DNA of 64,000 bases from Alphaproteobacteria bacterium (GCA_965205265.1 CBDBGH010000003.1:1472001-1536000); one strand, 5' to 3'; shown: positions 50,424-60,006, numbered from the stretch's first letter. Translations and numbers: made by a program. Notes: generated from the letters alone by a model not told the origin.

Positions 50424-51284
50424 ATGACGGCAGACAACCCCGGTTTGGACATTCGTCCGAGCAGCGCGCCGGTCGGGGCCGAAGTGTTCGGCGTGGACCT
50501 GTCGGCGCCGTTGCCCGATGAGGTCTTCGAGGCGTGCGAGGCGGCGTTCGACCGCTACAGCGTGCTGTGCTTCCGGGGCCAGTCGCTGACGCCCGGGGCG
50601 CTGCTCGCCTTCTCCCGCCGGCTCGGGGAGATCAAGGTCAACGCCTTCCACCAGCATGCGCTGGAGGGCTTCCCGGAGGTGCTCAAGGTCTCGAACCTCC
50701 GGGACGGAGAGGGCCGTGCGCTCGGCTATGCCGACGCCGGCAGCCACTGGCACACCGACATGTCCTACACGGCCGAACCGCCGCGCCGGACCCTGCTCTA
50801 CGCGCTGGAAGTCCCGCAGGACGACGCGGGCGAGCCGCTCGGCCCCACGTTCTTCGCCAGCGCCGCGGCGGCCTATGACGCGCTTGACGGGGAAACCCGC
50901 AACCGGATCGAGGGCCTCCAGGCAGTCCACCGCTTCGCCGCCAAGGAACGCGGCGTGAGGAAGCCCGTAGCCGTGACCCGGGCGCAGATCGAGGAGAACC
51001 CGGACGCCCGCCACCCGGTCGCCCGCCCGCACCCGAAAACGGGCCGCAAGGCGCTCTATGTGCGCAAGGGCGAGTGCATCGGCATAGACGGCATGGAGGA
51101 AGGCGAGGCGCTGGCGCTGATCGACCGGCTCTCCGACCTTATCGTCGAGGAGCGCTTCATCTACCGCCACCGCTGGGCTGTCGGCGACCTGCTGATGTGG
51201 GACAACCCGGCCGTCCAGCACATCGCCATCCGCGACTACGAATGGCCCCAGCGCCGCGCCATGTGGCGCACGACCGTGAGATAG
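50424..51284 (+). CDS. TauD/TfdA family 2-oxoglutarate dioxygenase
   Basis: WHTD.SY, HPV...HP.TGRK, WDN..VQH. Confidence 0.92.
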   Translation: MTADNPGLDIRPSSAPVGAEVFGVDLSAPLPDEVFEACEAAFDRYSVLCFRGQSLTPGALLAFSRRLGEIKVNAFHQHALEGFPEVLKVSNLRDGEGRALGYADAGSHWHTDMSYTAEPPRRTLLYALEVPQDDAGEPLGPTFFASAAAAYDALDGETRNRIEGLQAVHRFAAKERGVRKPVAVTRAQIEENPDARHPVARPHPKTGRKALYVRKGECIGIDGMEEGEALALIDRLSDLIVEERFIYRHRWAVGDLLMWDNPAVQHIAIRDYEWPQRRAMWRTTVR

Positions 51285-51302
51285 CGCTCTTACCGACTCC
51301 CC

Positions 51303-52070
51303 TCAGAGCAGACCGGCCGCGCGCACTTGCGGAAGGTAGGTGCGGCTGACAGGGACCTTGTGGCCGCCGGTGAGGCGAAGTGTGGGGCGGCCCCCTGCGC
51401 GCTCCGCTCCCGTCACATGGGCCCGCGCCACCCAGTAGGAGCGGTGGACGCGCATGCCGTCGGCGCCCTCCAGTTCCGCTATGGCGTCGGCGAAGCGCAT
51501 CAGCACGAGGTCCGAGCCCTCTGTGGTGAACGCCTCGACATAGTGGTCGGCCATCCGGAGATAGACGAGGTCGCGGCCGATCCCGTGCGGCAGGCGGTCG
51601 AGGAAACGGGGCGGCGCTGCGGCGGGCGCTTCCTGCACCTGCGGGGCGGGCCTGCTGCGGATAGCCAGGACCGCCGCACTGATGACCAGCCCTATGACCG
51701 CGACCCCCAGATAGATCTCCGGCAGCCGGTCCAGACCGACATAGCCCGGCCGGAACAGCGTTTCGGCAGCGAAGACGATTGCGGTTCCCGGCACGGCGGC
51801 CAATACCGCTGCCGCCGCCACCGCCAGGCCCCGGCGCGGGAGCGGCCAGTCATGCGCCAGGTGCAGCACCAGCAGCATCGAGCCGGCCCAGATGCTCCAA
51901 TTGCCGCTCATCGCCAGCAGCCAGTAGCCGGCGCGCCCCAACGGACTCATCGAATCGTATGTCCCGAAGGGGCCGATGAAGGCGAACAGCGCGACGACCC
52001 CGGCAAGCGCCGCCGCATGGCCGGCGACCTGCCTCTGCAATCCGCGAAGCGTGAACTGCATTTGCTGCAA
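51303..52070 (-). CDS. Membrane-anchored LytTR DNA-binding protein
   Basis: Four TM segments (GPFGT) plus C-terminal ADHYV...RVHRSYWV...VPVSR. Confidence 0.88.
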   Translation of the reverse strand: MQQMQFTLRGLQRQVAGHAAALAGVVALFAFIGPFGTYDSMSPLGRAGYWLLAMSGNWSIWAGSMLLVLHLAHDWPLPRRGLAVAAAAVLAAVPGTAIVFAAETLFRPGYVGLDRLPEIYLGVAVIGLVISAAVLAIRSRPAPQVQEAPAAAPPRFLDRLPHGIGRDLVYLRMADHYVEAFTTEGSDLVLMRFADAIAELEGADGMRVHRSYWVARAHVTGAERAGGRPTLRLTGGHKVPVSRTYLPQVRAAGLL

Positions 52071-52185
52071 TGCGCGAAATATCCGCTGCCTTTCCCGTAT
52101 CGAAGCATGACTCCGGCGGCCCCGCCGTCAACATCCCCGGCGCGGCGCACCCGCCGCATGCAAACCGCTGCCGGAGAACGGAACG

Positions 52186-52647
52186 ATGAATGCACCCCCC
52201 GCAAACAGGCTCGCAACGCTCGGAGCCGCCGCCCTCGCGCTGCTGGTCCCCGCCTTCGCCTCCGCCGCCGATCTGGTCGTGCGCGTCGAGGGCGTGCGCT
52301 CGGCCGAGGGCGACATCCGCGTCGCCCTCCACCGCCGCGCCGAGGGCGTGGACTTCCCCGACTCGGCCGGAGTCGTGAAGGCGGCCATGCGCCCGGCCGC
52401 GAAGGCCGGCGACCTGGTGTTCGCCGGCCTAGCGCCCGGCGAATACGCCATCGCCGCCTTTCACGACGAGGACCGGAACGGCGACCTCAACACCGGCCTG
52501 CTGGGCATCCCGACCGAGGGCTACGGCTTCTCCAACGAGGCGCGCGGCATGTTCGGGCCACCCGGCTTCGACGCGGCGGCCTTCACCATTGAGGCCGGCG
52601 AGGACCGCGCTGCCGTCACGGTCAGGCTCGGCTACCCGGAGTCCTGA
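52186..52647 (+). CDS. DUF2141 family protein
   Basis: Signal peptide, PG.YAIA.FHDE..NG.L, GIP.EGYGFSN. Confidence 0.88.
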   Translation: MNAPPANRLATLGAAALALLVPAFASAADLVVRVEGVRSAEGDIRVALHRRAEGVDFPDSAGVVKAAMRPAAKAGDLVFAGLAPGEYAIAAFHDEDRNGDLNTGLLGIPTEGYGFSNEARGMFGPPGFDAAAFTIEAGEDRAAVTVRLGYPES

Positions 52648-52650
52648 GCC

Positions 52651-54135
52651 ATGAAACCGCAGATTTCCCGCAGGGACGCGCTGCGCGCCGCCGGAAGCCT
52701 GCCGCTGCTGCTGGCCGCCGGGGCGGCGGGCGCATCCGGCGCTTCCGGCGGAGACGAGGCGCTCGCCTTCGCCACCGCAGAGGCGGAACGGCTCTCCGCG
52801 CCCTTGCAAACGCTGCGCGGCCGGCTCCCGCCGGACCTCGCCGGCACGCTCTGGCGCAACGGCCCGGCCGAGCATGACCGCTTCGGCCATCGCTACAGCC
52901 ACTGGTTCGACGGCGACGGCATGGTGCAGGCCTTCCGCTTCGACGGCGCGGCCGTCACCCACCGGGCGCGCATCCTGGACACGCCCAAGCGCCGCCGGGA
53001 GACCGAAGCCGGGCGGCGCCTGCTGCCGGCCTTCGGCTCCATGCCGCCCGATCCGGCGGACACGCGGGGCCCCGACGACATGAACGCCGCCAACACCTCC
53101 GTGGTCGTCCATGCCGGGCGGCACATGGCGCTCTGGGAGGGCGGGTCGGCGCTGGCCTTCGACCCCGAAACGCTGGATGCCGGCGGTTTCGTGGCGTGGC
53201 GCAAGGACATTGCCGGCGCGCCCTTCTCCGCCCATCCCAAGGTCGAGGCCGACGGCACGATGTGGAACATCGGCTACCTGCCCGTTCCGCGCCCGATGCT
53301 GGTCTTCTACCGCATCGGTCCGCAAGGCCGGCTCGCAAAGGTGACTGTGCTGCCGATGGCGCCGCTCGGCCTCACCCACGATTTCGTGATGACGGAACGG
53401 CGGCTGGTGGTGCTGCTCGCGCCCTTCGTGCTGGACCCGGACAGGTTCGCTTCCGGCCATATGCCCATCCTCGACGCCCATGCCTGGCGGCCGGAGCTTG
53501 GCGTGCGCGTGCTGGTCGTGGACAAGGACAGCCTGGAAGTCGAGCGCCGCCACGAGCTTCCGCCGGGCTTCCATTTCCATCACGGCAACGGTTGGGAGGA
53601 GATGGACGGCACGATCCGTCTCGATCTCTGCCAGGCGCCGGACCCGTCCTTCGTCACCCGCGACTTCCGCGATGTCATGCGGGGCGACACCCGCTTCCGG
53701 TCGGCGCATCCGGTCTATCGCCGGGCCGTGCTTCGCCCGGACGGGCGCGCGGAATACGAGGAGGGCGGGACGGTCGCTGCGGACTTCCCGCGCATAGACC
53801 CGCGCCGCCTCGGCCGGCGGAACGACGTGACCTTCGCGCTGGCGGGCGCGGACGAGCCCGCGGGCTGGCCGCTCCGGCGCGTGGTCCGGTTTGCGCCGGG
53901 GGAGGCGGACGGCTGGCGCTGGCCCCGCCACCGGATACCGGAGGAGCATGTGTTCGTTCCCCGCGGCGCGGGAGAAGGCGAAGGCTGGCTGCTCGGCCCC
54001 TTCCTGGACCTGAGGCGGCGCGCCTCGGGCCTGGCGGTCTTCGAGGCGCAGCGCCTCGCCGACGGCCCGGTCTGGGAAGGCATCCTCCCCTACCCCTTGC
54101 CGCTCGGCCTGCACGGAACCTTCGCGCCGGCGTGA
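52651..54135 (+). CDS. Carotenoid oxygenase family protein with Tat-like signal
   Basis: SRRDAL N-terminus; RNGP, HWFDGDG, AHPK, THDF, FHHGN, LGLHG. Confidence 0.9.
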   Translation: MKPQISRRDALRAAGSLPLLLAAGAAGASGASGGDEALAFATAEAERLSAPLQTLRGRLPPDLAGTLWRNGPAEHDRFGHRYSHWFDGDGMVQAFRFDGAAVTHRARILDTPKRRRETEAGRRLLPAFGSMPPDPADTRGPDDMNAANTSVVVHAGRHMALWEGGSALAFDPETLDAGGFVAWRKDIAGAPFSAHPKVEADGTMWNIGYLPVPRPMLVFYRIGPQGRLAKVTVLPMAPLGLTHDFVMTERRLVVLLAPFVLDPDRFASGHMPILDAHAWRPELGVRVLVVDKDSLEVERRHELPPGFHFHHGNGWEEMDGTIRLDLCQAPDPSFVTRDFRDVMRGDTRFRSAHPVYRRAVLRPDGRAEYEEGGTVAADFPRIDPRRLGRRNDVTFALAGADEPAGWPLRRVVRFAPGEADGWRWPRHRIPEEHVFVPRGAGEGEGWLLGPFLDLRRRASGLAVFEAQRLADGPVWEGILPYPLPLGLHGTFAPA

Positions 54136-54185
54136 GGGCGGCCGCCCGGACGAAGGGAGACGGTGGAACGGAGGACCCCGGTGGA

Positions 54186-54993
54186 TGTCATGGGATGTCA
54201 TGTTCCGGGCTCCTTCGCCGCCTCGTTTCCACGTCGCCCCGGCGCCGCCGGGCCGATACCTCTCTCCGGCGTTCCTCCGGTTGCAGGAGGTCCCCGCTTT
54301 CGCGGGGACGACGAAGGGAAGTACGGGGACGACGAAGGGAATTACGGGGACGACGAAGGGAATTACGGGGACGACGAAAGGGAGCGTGGACGCGACGAAC
54401 GGGGCGCGGGAAGGCCGGCCTCTCGACCGGGCGGCGGCCTCCGGCAAAGTGTCATGTTCTGTCATGCGCGCCCGGCGGGACGCCCTCCGATGTGTCATGC
54501 AATGTCATGATTCGCATGCACAGGGTGCATATGCTGTGGCCCGTTCGGGCATATGACCCCGCCCCTTTCTTCCTCCCCCGGCTTTCCCGCAAGCGGGGGA
54601 GGAGTTTTCCGGCGGCATGTCGTTCCTTCATCGCGTTTCGTTCCTCCCCGTTCCGTTCTCCCCGCCGCCGCGCCGAACGCGGCGAACGTTACCGATGCCG
54701 CCGCCGTCCGGCTCCCCGGAGCGACGGGACCCTGATTCGCGCGTATCCTGCGCGCCTGCGCCCGCGCCCGCCGGCGCGCGTTTCGCGGCGGCGCGAATCG
54801 CGCGCCTGATTGCCCGGATGCGCCCGCGCGCGCGAGGCCGACGCCGGGCGCACCCCTCCCGTCCGCCCGCGCCGGAGGTTTCGCCCCCAGCCACCGCTTC
54901 CCCGCCCGGAAACGCAAAAAGGCGGCCCCGGAAGCCGCCTTTCTATGCGCATTGTAACACAGTTTTTCTCAGGTCAAGCCCCTGGCGAACAAA
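54186..54993 (-). repeat. Dispersed element copy 3 (no recognisable gene; contains REP and tandem repeat)
   Basis: Core at 54728-54815; TGTCATG at 54186, 54196, 54450, 54460, 54493, 54503; promoter CTTGAC...TGTGT-TACAAT on the minus strand at 54978-54951. Confidence 0.8.
54289..54383 (+). repeat. REP half-site followed by a 21-bp tandem repeat (~3.7 units)
   Basis: GTCCCCGCTTTCGCGGGGAC, then units CGGGGACGACGAAGGGAA(G/T)TA at 54303, 54324, 54345, 54366. Confidence 0.9.
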
Positions 54994-55133
54994 ATCGAAG
55001 ATTAAATTCCAACAACGGACAGACGCATACCATCTCGGCCCGCCGGAACCCGCGTCGCTTCGGTGGCGCGGTTCCGACGGCCGGGCCCGGCGCGCGTTGA
55101 CTTCCCACCCCGCTCGCCGCCATGCTCGTTTCC

Positions 55134-55301
55134 ATGGCGCAGGCATTCGACAGGCTGGCGGCGGCCGTGCGCGAGGGACAGGGCGACCCTGTCACGAAGG
55201 CCGACCTTCGGGCGGAGCTTGCAGGGTTGGAGCGCCGGATGATCCTGTTTGCGCTCGCCCTTGTCGGCGTGTTGTTCGCGGCTATCAAACTCGTTCCGTA
55301 A
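55134..55301 (+). CDS. Small DUF1640/CCDC90-like membrane protein (55 aa), possibly internally deleted
   Basis: Hand translation MAQAFDRLAAAVREGQGDPVTKADLRAELAGLERRMILFALALVGVLFAAIKLVP; TKADL coiled coil plus C-terminal TM. Confidence 0.6.
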   Translation: MAQAFDRLAAAVREGQGDPVTKADLRAELAGLERRMILFALALVGVLFAAIKLVP

Positions 55302-55505
55302 CACCTTCCGCCCGGAAACCTTCCCCGGCCCGCAGAGGCGAGGCTTGGCCCGGCGCTCGTTGACGCCCGGACGGGGTTGCCGTCATGCTCGCTTCCAGGG
55401 CGCAGGCATTCGACATATCGGCAGCCGGACGGCCGCGCCCGATTCGGCAGCCGCAGAAGTTGGGCTTCGGCAGGTCCGGTTGATTTCGGAGCCAGGAAAA
55501 TTTCA

Positions 55506-56003
55506 ATGATCCGGAGATCGATAAAATGGATCGCAGCGCTCGGTCTTGTCGCCATCATTGCGTTGACCCTCCTTGGCAAGAAGACATTTCATGTGGAAGC
55601 GACCATTCCCGCTCCGCCTGCCGCCGTGTGGGAAGTATTGATGGACACGACCGGATATCCGGAATGGAATCCTGTCTTTGTGAGCGTCAACGGCCCCTAT
55701 GAACAAGGCGGCAGAATTCTGAACGAGGTGCGCGATCCGAAGGGTGAAATCCTGGAGATGACGGCAACGGTCGCTGAGCTCATCCCCGAACGGAAGCTGC
55801 GTCAGAAGGGCGGCGTGACCGGATTCATCACGTTCGATCATCAATGGCTTCTCGAACCCGTTGACGGTGGAACCAGGGTCACTCAGCACGAGGTGGATCG
55901 CGGTCTTTACCTGTGGTTCTGGGATTCGAGTTGGATCGAGCCCGCCTATGGCAGAACGAACGAAGCGCTCAAGGCCCGTGTCATGTCGCTCGGCGGCCGA
56001 TAA
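55506..56003 (+). CDS. SRPBCC family protein
   Basis: I.APP..VW.VL.D...YPEWNP, N.ALK.R. Confidence 0.8.
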   Translation: MIRRSIKWIAALGLVAIIALTLLGKKTFHVEATIPAPPAAVWEVLMDTTGYPEWNPVFVSVNGPYEQGGRILNEVRDPKGEILEMTATVAELIPERKLRQKGGVTGFITFDHQWLLEPVDGGTRVTQHEVDRGLYLWFWDSSWIEPAYGRTNEALKARVMSLGGR

Positions 56004-56107
56004 ATCGCCATGCAGCGCTGCGGGGAGTTTGGCAAGGCGACGGCGTGCAGCGGGCACCGGCCGTCTGCTATGGTGCCGGCAAAACTGCCCGGGGAGTTCG
56101 CCAGCCC

Positions 56108-57445
56108 ATGCCGACCGCCGCTTCGCTCGCGCACGCAGACACCAACAATCTCGAACCGTTCTTCATGCCGTTCACGGCGAACCGGAGCTTCAAGGCGGAC
56201 CCGCGCCTGATCGTCGGCGCCGAGGGCGTGCACTACATCGCCCGCGACGGCAGGCGGGTGTTCGACGCCTCCGCCGGGCTCTGGTGCGTGAATGCCGGCC
56301 ATTGCCGCAAGCCCATCGTCGAGGCGGTGCAGCGGCAGGTGGAGACGATGGATTTCGCCCCTACCTTCCAGATGGGGCACCCGGCGGCCTTCGAGCTGGC
56401 GTCGCGCATCATGCAGATCGCGCCGCCGGACATGGACTCGGTGTTCTTCGCCAATTCCGGCTCCGAGGCGGTGGACACCGCCCTCAAAATCGCCATCGCC
56501 TGGCACCGGGCGCGCGGCGAGGGGCAGCGCACCCGCCTCATCGGGCGCGAGCGCGGCTATCACGGCGTCGGCTTCGGCGGCACCTCGGTCGGCGGCATCA
56601 AGAACAACCGCAAGGCGTTCGGCATGCTGCTGCCGGGCGTGGACCACCTGCCGCATACGCTGGACCTCGACGGCAACGCCTTCAGCCGGGGCGAACCGGA
56701 GCACGGCATCCACCTGGCGGACCGGCTCGAGCGGATCGTCGATCTGCACGACGCCTCCACCATCGCGGCCGTCATCGTCGAGCCGGTCGCCGGCTCCATC
56801 GGCGTCTATCCGCCGCCGAAGGGCTATCTGAAGCGGCTGCGCGAAATCTGCGACCGGCACGGCATCCTGCTGATCTTCGACGAGGTGATTACCGGCTTCG
56901 GGCGCGTGGGCGCGGCCTTCGCCTCGGAGCGCTTCGGCGTTACGCCCGACATGATGACGCTCGCCAAGGGCCTCACCAACGGCACGGTGCCGGCCTCGGC
57001 CGTCGTCATGAAGAAGGACATCTACGACACCTTCATGACCGGCCCGGACTGGATGGTGGAGCTGACCCACGGCTATACCTATTCCGCCCACCCGCTCGCG
57101 GTGGCAGCCGGCCTCGCGACCCTCGACCTCTACCGGGACGAGGGGCTGTTCGAGCGTTCGGCCGCGCTGTCGCCGGTCTTCGAGGATGCCGTCCATAGCC
57201 TGAAGGGGCTGCCCCATGTCATCGACGTGCGCAATATCGGCATGATGAGCGCGGTCGAATTCGCCCCGCGCGACGGCGAGCTTGGCCGGCGCGGCTACGA
57301 TGTCTTCCTGGAATGCTGGCAATCGGGCGTCTATTGCCGCCAGGCGGGCGACACGCTCGCCTTCTCGCCGCCCTTCATCGTCGAGGAAGGCGAGATCGGG
57401 CAGATATTCGAAATCGTGGCCGACGCCATCCGCCGGACGGCCTAG
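56108..57445 (+). CDS. Class III aminotransferase (beta-alanine--pyruvate type)
   Basis: MPFTANR, GLWC.N.GH, NSGSE, YHG, DEVITGFGR, AKG. Confidence 0.92.
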   Translation: MPTAASLAHADTNNLEPFFMPFTANRSFKADPRLIVGAEGVHYIARDGRRVFDASAGLWCVNAGHCRKPIVEAVQRQVETMDFAPTFQMGHPAAFELASRIMQIAPPDMDSVFFANSGSEAVDTALKIAIAWHRARGEGQRTRLIGRERGYHGVGFGGTSVGGIKNNRKAFGMLLPGVDHLPHTLDLDGNAFSRGEPEHGIHLADRLERIVDLHDASTIAAVIVEPVAGSIGVYPPPKGYLKRLREICDRHGILLIFDEVITGFGRVGAAFASERFGVTPDMMTLAKGLTNGTVPASAVVMKKDIYDTFMTGPDWMVELTHGYTYSAHPLAVAAGLATLDLYRDEGLFERSAALSPVFEDAVHSLKGLPHVIDVRNIGMMSAVEFAPRDGELGRRGYDVFLECWQSGVYCRQAGDTLAFSPPFIVEEGEIGQIFEIVADAIRRTA

Positions 57446-57495
57446 TCGGGAGTCGTCGCCCCGGCCCCCGCGGGGCGATCCGGGGCGACGAGTGA

Positions 57496-57987
57496 GTGTC
57501 CGTTTGAGAACTGGCATCCGGGCGTATCGAGACAGGGCCGAAGGCGTTACCCCGACCCTTTTCCCGTCATGCCCGGACTTGTTCCACGGCTGTCCGGTTT
57601 GGATTTTGTGGACAGAGCGCACGGCCTGGATTCAACCGGGTTTCGAGGGGTTCAGCGGGATCGGGACCCGGATCGACGCCCGCCGGCCTGACCCTGTTCC
57701 CGTCATACCCGGACTTGTTCCGGGTATCCATACGGCCGCCCGGCAGAGCCGCTTGAGAGAGATACCCGGAACAAGTCCGGGTATGACGACAGGGGGCGTT
57801 CGGGCATGACGGGCAGGAGGCCGACCGGGGACGCCGCGCGCCTCCGAAAACCCGACCGAAGCCCGCCGGGCTTCGCCCGACGGCTGAACCGGACAGCAGT
57901 GGACTTGTTCCGGGCGTGACGGAGGGGACCTTCGGATATGGCGGAACCGGGCCGGTCCTTGCATGGACGCTATTCTCAAACGGTCTC
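57496..57987. mobile_element. MITE-like element (IS5/IS1031-type ends) containing REP palindromes
   Basis: TIR GTGTCCGTTTGAGAA / TTCTCAAACGGTCTC flanked by TGA at 57493-57495 and 57988-57990; internal CCGGACTTGTTCCGG repeats; homologous to 63652-63912. Confidence 0.75.
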
Positions 57988-58026
57988 TGAGAAGAGTTTA
58001 ACCGCCCCGGGTCGGTAGTGGAGGCG

Positions 58027-59874
58027 TCAACCGCGGGACACGGCGGAGACGCGCTGCCCGATGCCGGCCCCGGCGGCGATCGGGGCCGGCGCCATACCAT
58101 TGCCTCCGGCCGTGAACTGCAGCTCCGCAAGGCGGGCGTAGAGGCCGCCGGCCGCCAGCAACTGGTCGTGCGTTCCGGTCGCGACGGCGCGGCCCCGGTC
58201 CAGCACGACGATGCGGTCCGCATTCATCACCGTTGCGAGGCGGTGCGCGATGACGATGGTGGTCCGGCCGCGCGACAGGCGGTCGAGGGCGTCCTGGATC
58301 AGCCGCTCGTTCTCCGAGTCGAGCGCGCTCGTCGCTTCGTCCAGCAGCAGCACCGCCGGGTCGCGGAGGATGGCGCGGGCAATGGCGAGGCGCTGGCGCT
58401 GGCCGGCGGAGAGGCGTACGCCGCGTTCGCCGAGATAGCTGTCATAGCCCTCCGGAAGCGCGCGGAGGAACTCGTCCGCCGCCGCCGCTTTCGCCGCTTC
58501 GACGATCTCCGCATGGCTGGCGTCGGGCCGCCCGTAAGCGATGTTCTCGCGCGCCGTGGTCGAAAACACGACCGGTTCCTGCGGCACCAGGCCGAACTTG
58601 GCCCGCACCGCCGCCGGCGCAGCGCGGCAGATATCGACGCCGTCCAGCGTTATCCGCCCGCCCACCGGGTCGTAGAAGCGCAGCAGCAGGTTGAAGAGCG
58701 TCGATTTGCCGGCTCCCGACGGCCCGACCACGGCCACGGTCTCGCCCGGCGCGATGTCGAGGTCGAAGTCGCCGAGGACCGGCCTGTCGGGCGCGGAGGG
58801 ATAGGCGAAGACCGTCCTCTCGAAGGCCACGGCACCGTGCGAGGGCTCGGGCAGCACGGCCGGATCGGCGGGCGCGGCGATCTCGGGCTGCGCGGCCAGC
58901 AGGTCCATCAGCCGCTCCGTCGCCCCGGCCGCGCGCTGGAGGTCGCCCACGACCTCGCTGAGCGCGCCCAGCGCCGCAGCCGCCACCACGGCGTAGAAGA
59001 CGAAGGCCGAGAGGTCGCCCGCCGACATCGCGCCCGACATCACATCCCGGCCGCCGAGCCAGAGGATGGTGCAGACCGCCCCCAGCACCAGCACGATCAC
59101 GATGACGGCGAGCGCCGAGCGCACGCGGGTGCGATGAATGGCGGTGCGGAACGCCTCCTCGACCCGCATGGAGAAATCGACGATATCCATGCCCTCATGG
59201 CCGAAGGCCTGCACGGTGCGCACGGCCGAGATCGACTCCTCGACATGCGCGCCGACATCCGCCACCCGGTCCTGCGAGGCGCGGGAGAGGCGGCGCAGCC
59301 GCCGGCCCAGCACCAGGATCGGCAGCAGCACCAGCGGGATCACCAGCACCACCAGCCCGGTGAGCCGCGGACTGGTGACGAGCAGCATGGCCGCGGCGCC
59401 GATGAACAGCAGCACGTTCCTGAGCGCCATCGAGACGGTCGAGCCGACGACGGTCTGGATCAGCGTGGTGTCCGTGGTCAGCCGCGAGAGGATCTCGCCC
59501 GTCTTGGTGACCTCGAAGAAGCTCGGGCTGAGCTTCAGGATATGGGCGAACACGTCGCGGCGCAGGTCCGCCACCACCCGCTCGCCCACCCAGGCGACCA
59601 GGTAGGAGCGGAAGAAGGTCGCTGCCGCCAGCACCACGATGACGCCGAGCAGGATGACCAGGGCCGCGTCCAGCACGGCGGGATCGTTGCCGGCAATGCC
59701 GTTATCGACGAGATGGCGCAGCCCGAGGCCGATGGCGAGCACCGTGCTCGCCGCCACGATGAGCGCGGCGGCCGCGCCGGCGGCCTGGCGCCAGTGGGGC
59801 GCGAGATAGCCCGCCAGCGCGCGGAGCGGGCGCAGGTTGCGCGAGGCCTCTCGGGCCGGGTTCGGTCGTCTCAT
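58027..59874 (-). CDS. ABC transporter fused permease/ATPase (MsbA-related)
   Basis: TM domain with GERVVADLR, GPSGAGKS, LSAGQRQR, LLLDEATSALD. Confidence 0.92.
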   Translation of the reverse strand: MRRPNPAREASRNLRPLRALAGYLAPHWRQAAGAAAALIVAASTVLAIGLGLRHLVDNGIAGNDPAVLDAALVILLGVIVVLAAATFFRSYLVAWVGERVVADLRRDVFAHILKLSPSFFEVTKTGEILSRLTTDTTLIQTVVGSTVSMALRNVLLFIGAAAMLLVTSPRLTGLVVLVIPLVLLPILVLGRRLRRLSRASQDRVADVGAHVEESISAVRTVQAFGHEGMDIVDFSMRVEEAFRTAIHRTRVRSALAVIVIVLVLGAVCTILWLGGRDVMSGAMSAGDLSAFVFYAVVAAAALGALSEVVGDLQRAAGATERLMDLLAAQPEIAAPADPAVLPEPSHGAVAFERTVFAYPSAPDRPVLGDFDLDIAPGETVAVVGPSGAGKSTLFNLLLRFYDPVGGRITLDGVDICRAAPAAVRAKFGLVPQEPVVFSTTARENIAYGRPDASHAEIVEAAKAAAADEFLRALPEGYDSYLGERGVRLSAGQRQRLAIARAILRDPAVLLLDEATSALDSENERLIQDALDRLSRGRTTIVIAHRLATVMNADRIVVLDRGRAVATGTHDQLLAAGGLYARLAELQFTAGGNGMAPAPIAAGAGIGQRVSAVSRG

Positions 59875-60006
59875 GGTCTTTCTTCGATTGCCGCGCCGGA
59901 GGGGTAATAGCCGCCGCGCCGCCCCGCGTCTAATGCGACCGTGCTTGAGCGCCGCAGCGCGCTTCGCTATACAGGCCCGCCTTGCCTGTCCCGGAGCGCC
60001 CTGCCG

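Noticed and set aside
52040-52110. LytTR direct-repeat operator (CGCGAA-like words)
   Set aside because: The words are irregularly spaced and partly inside the coding region; not supportable by eye.
54303-54383. Possible CRISPR array
   Set aside because: Units are contiguous 21-mers with no unique spacers, and no cas genes are nearby.
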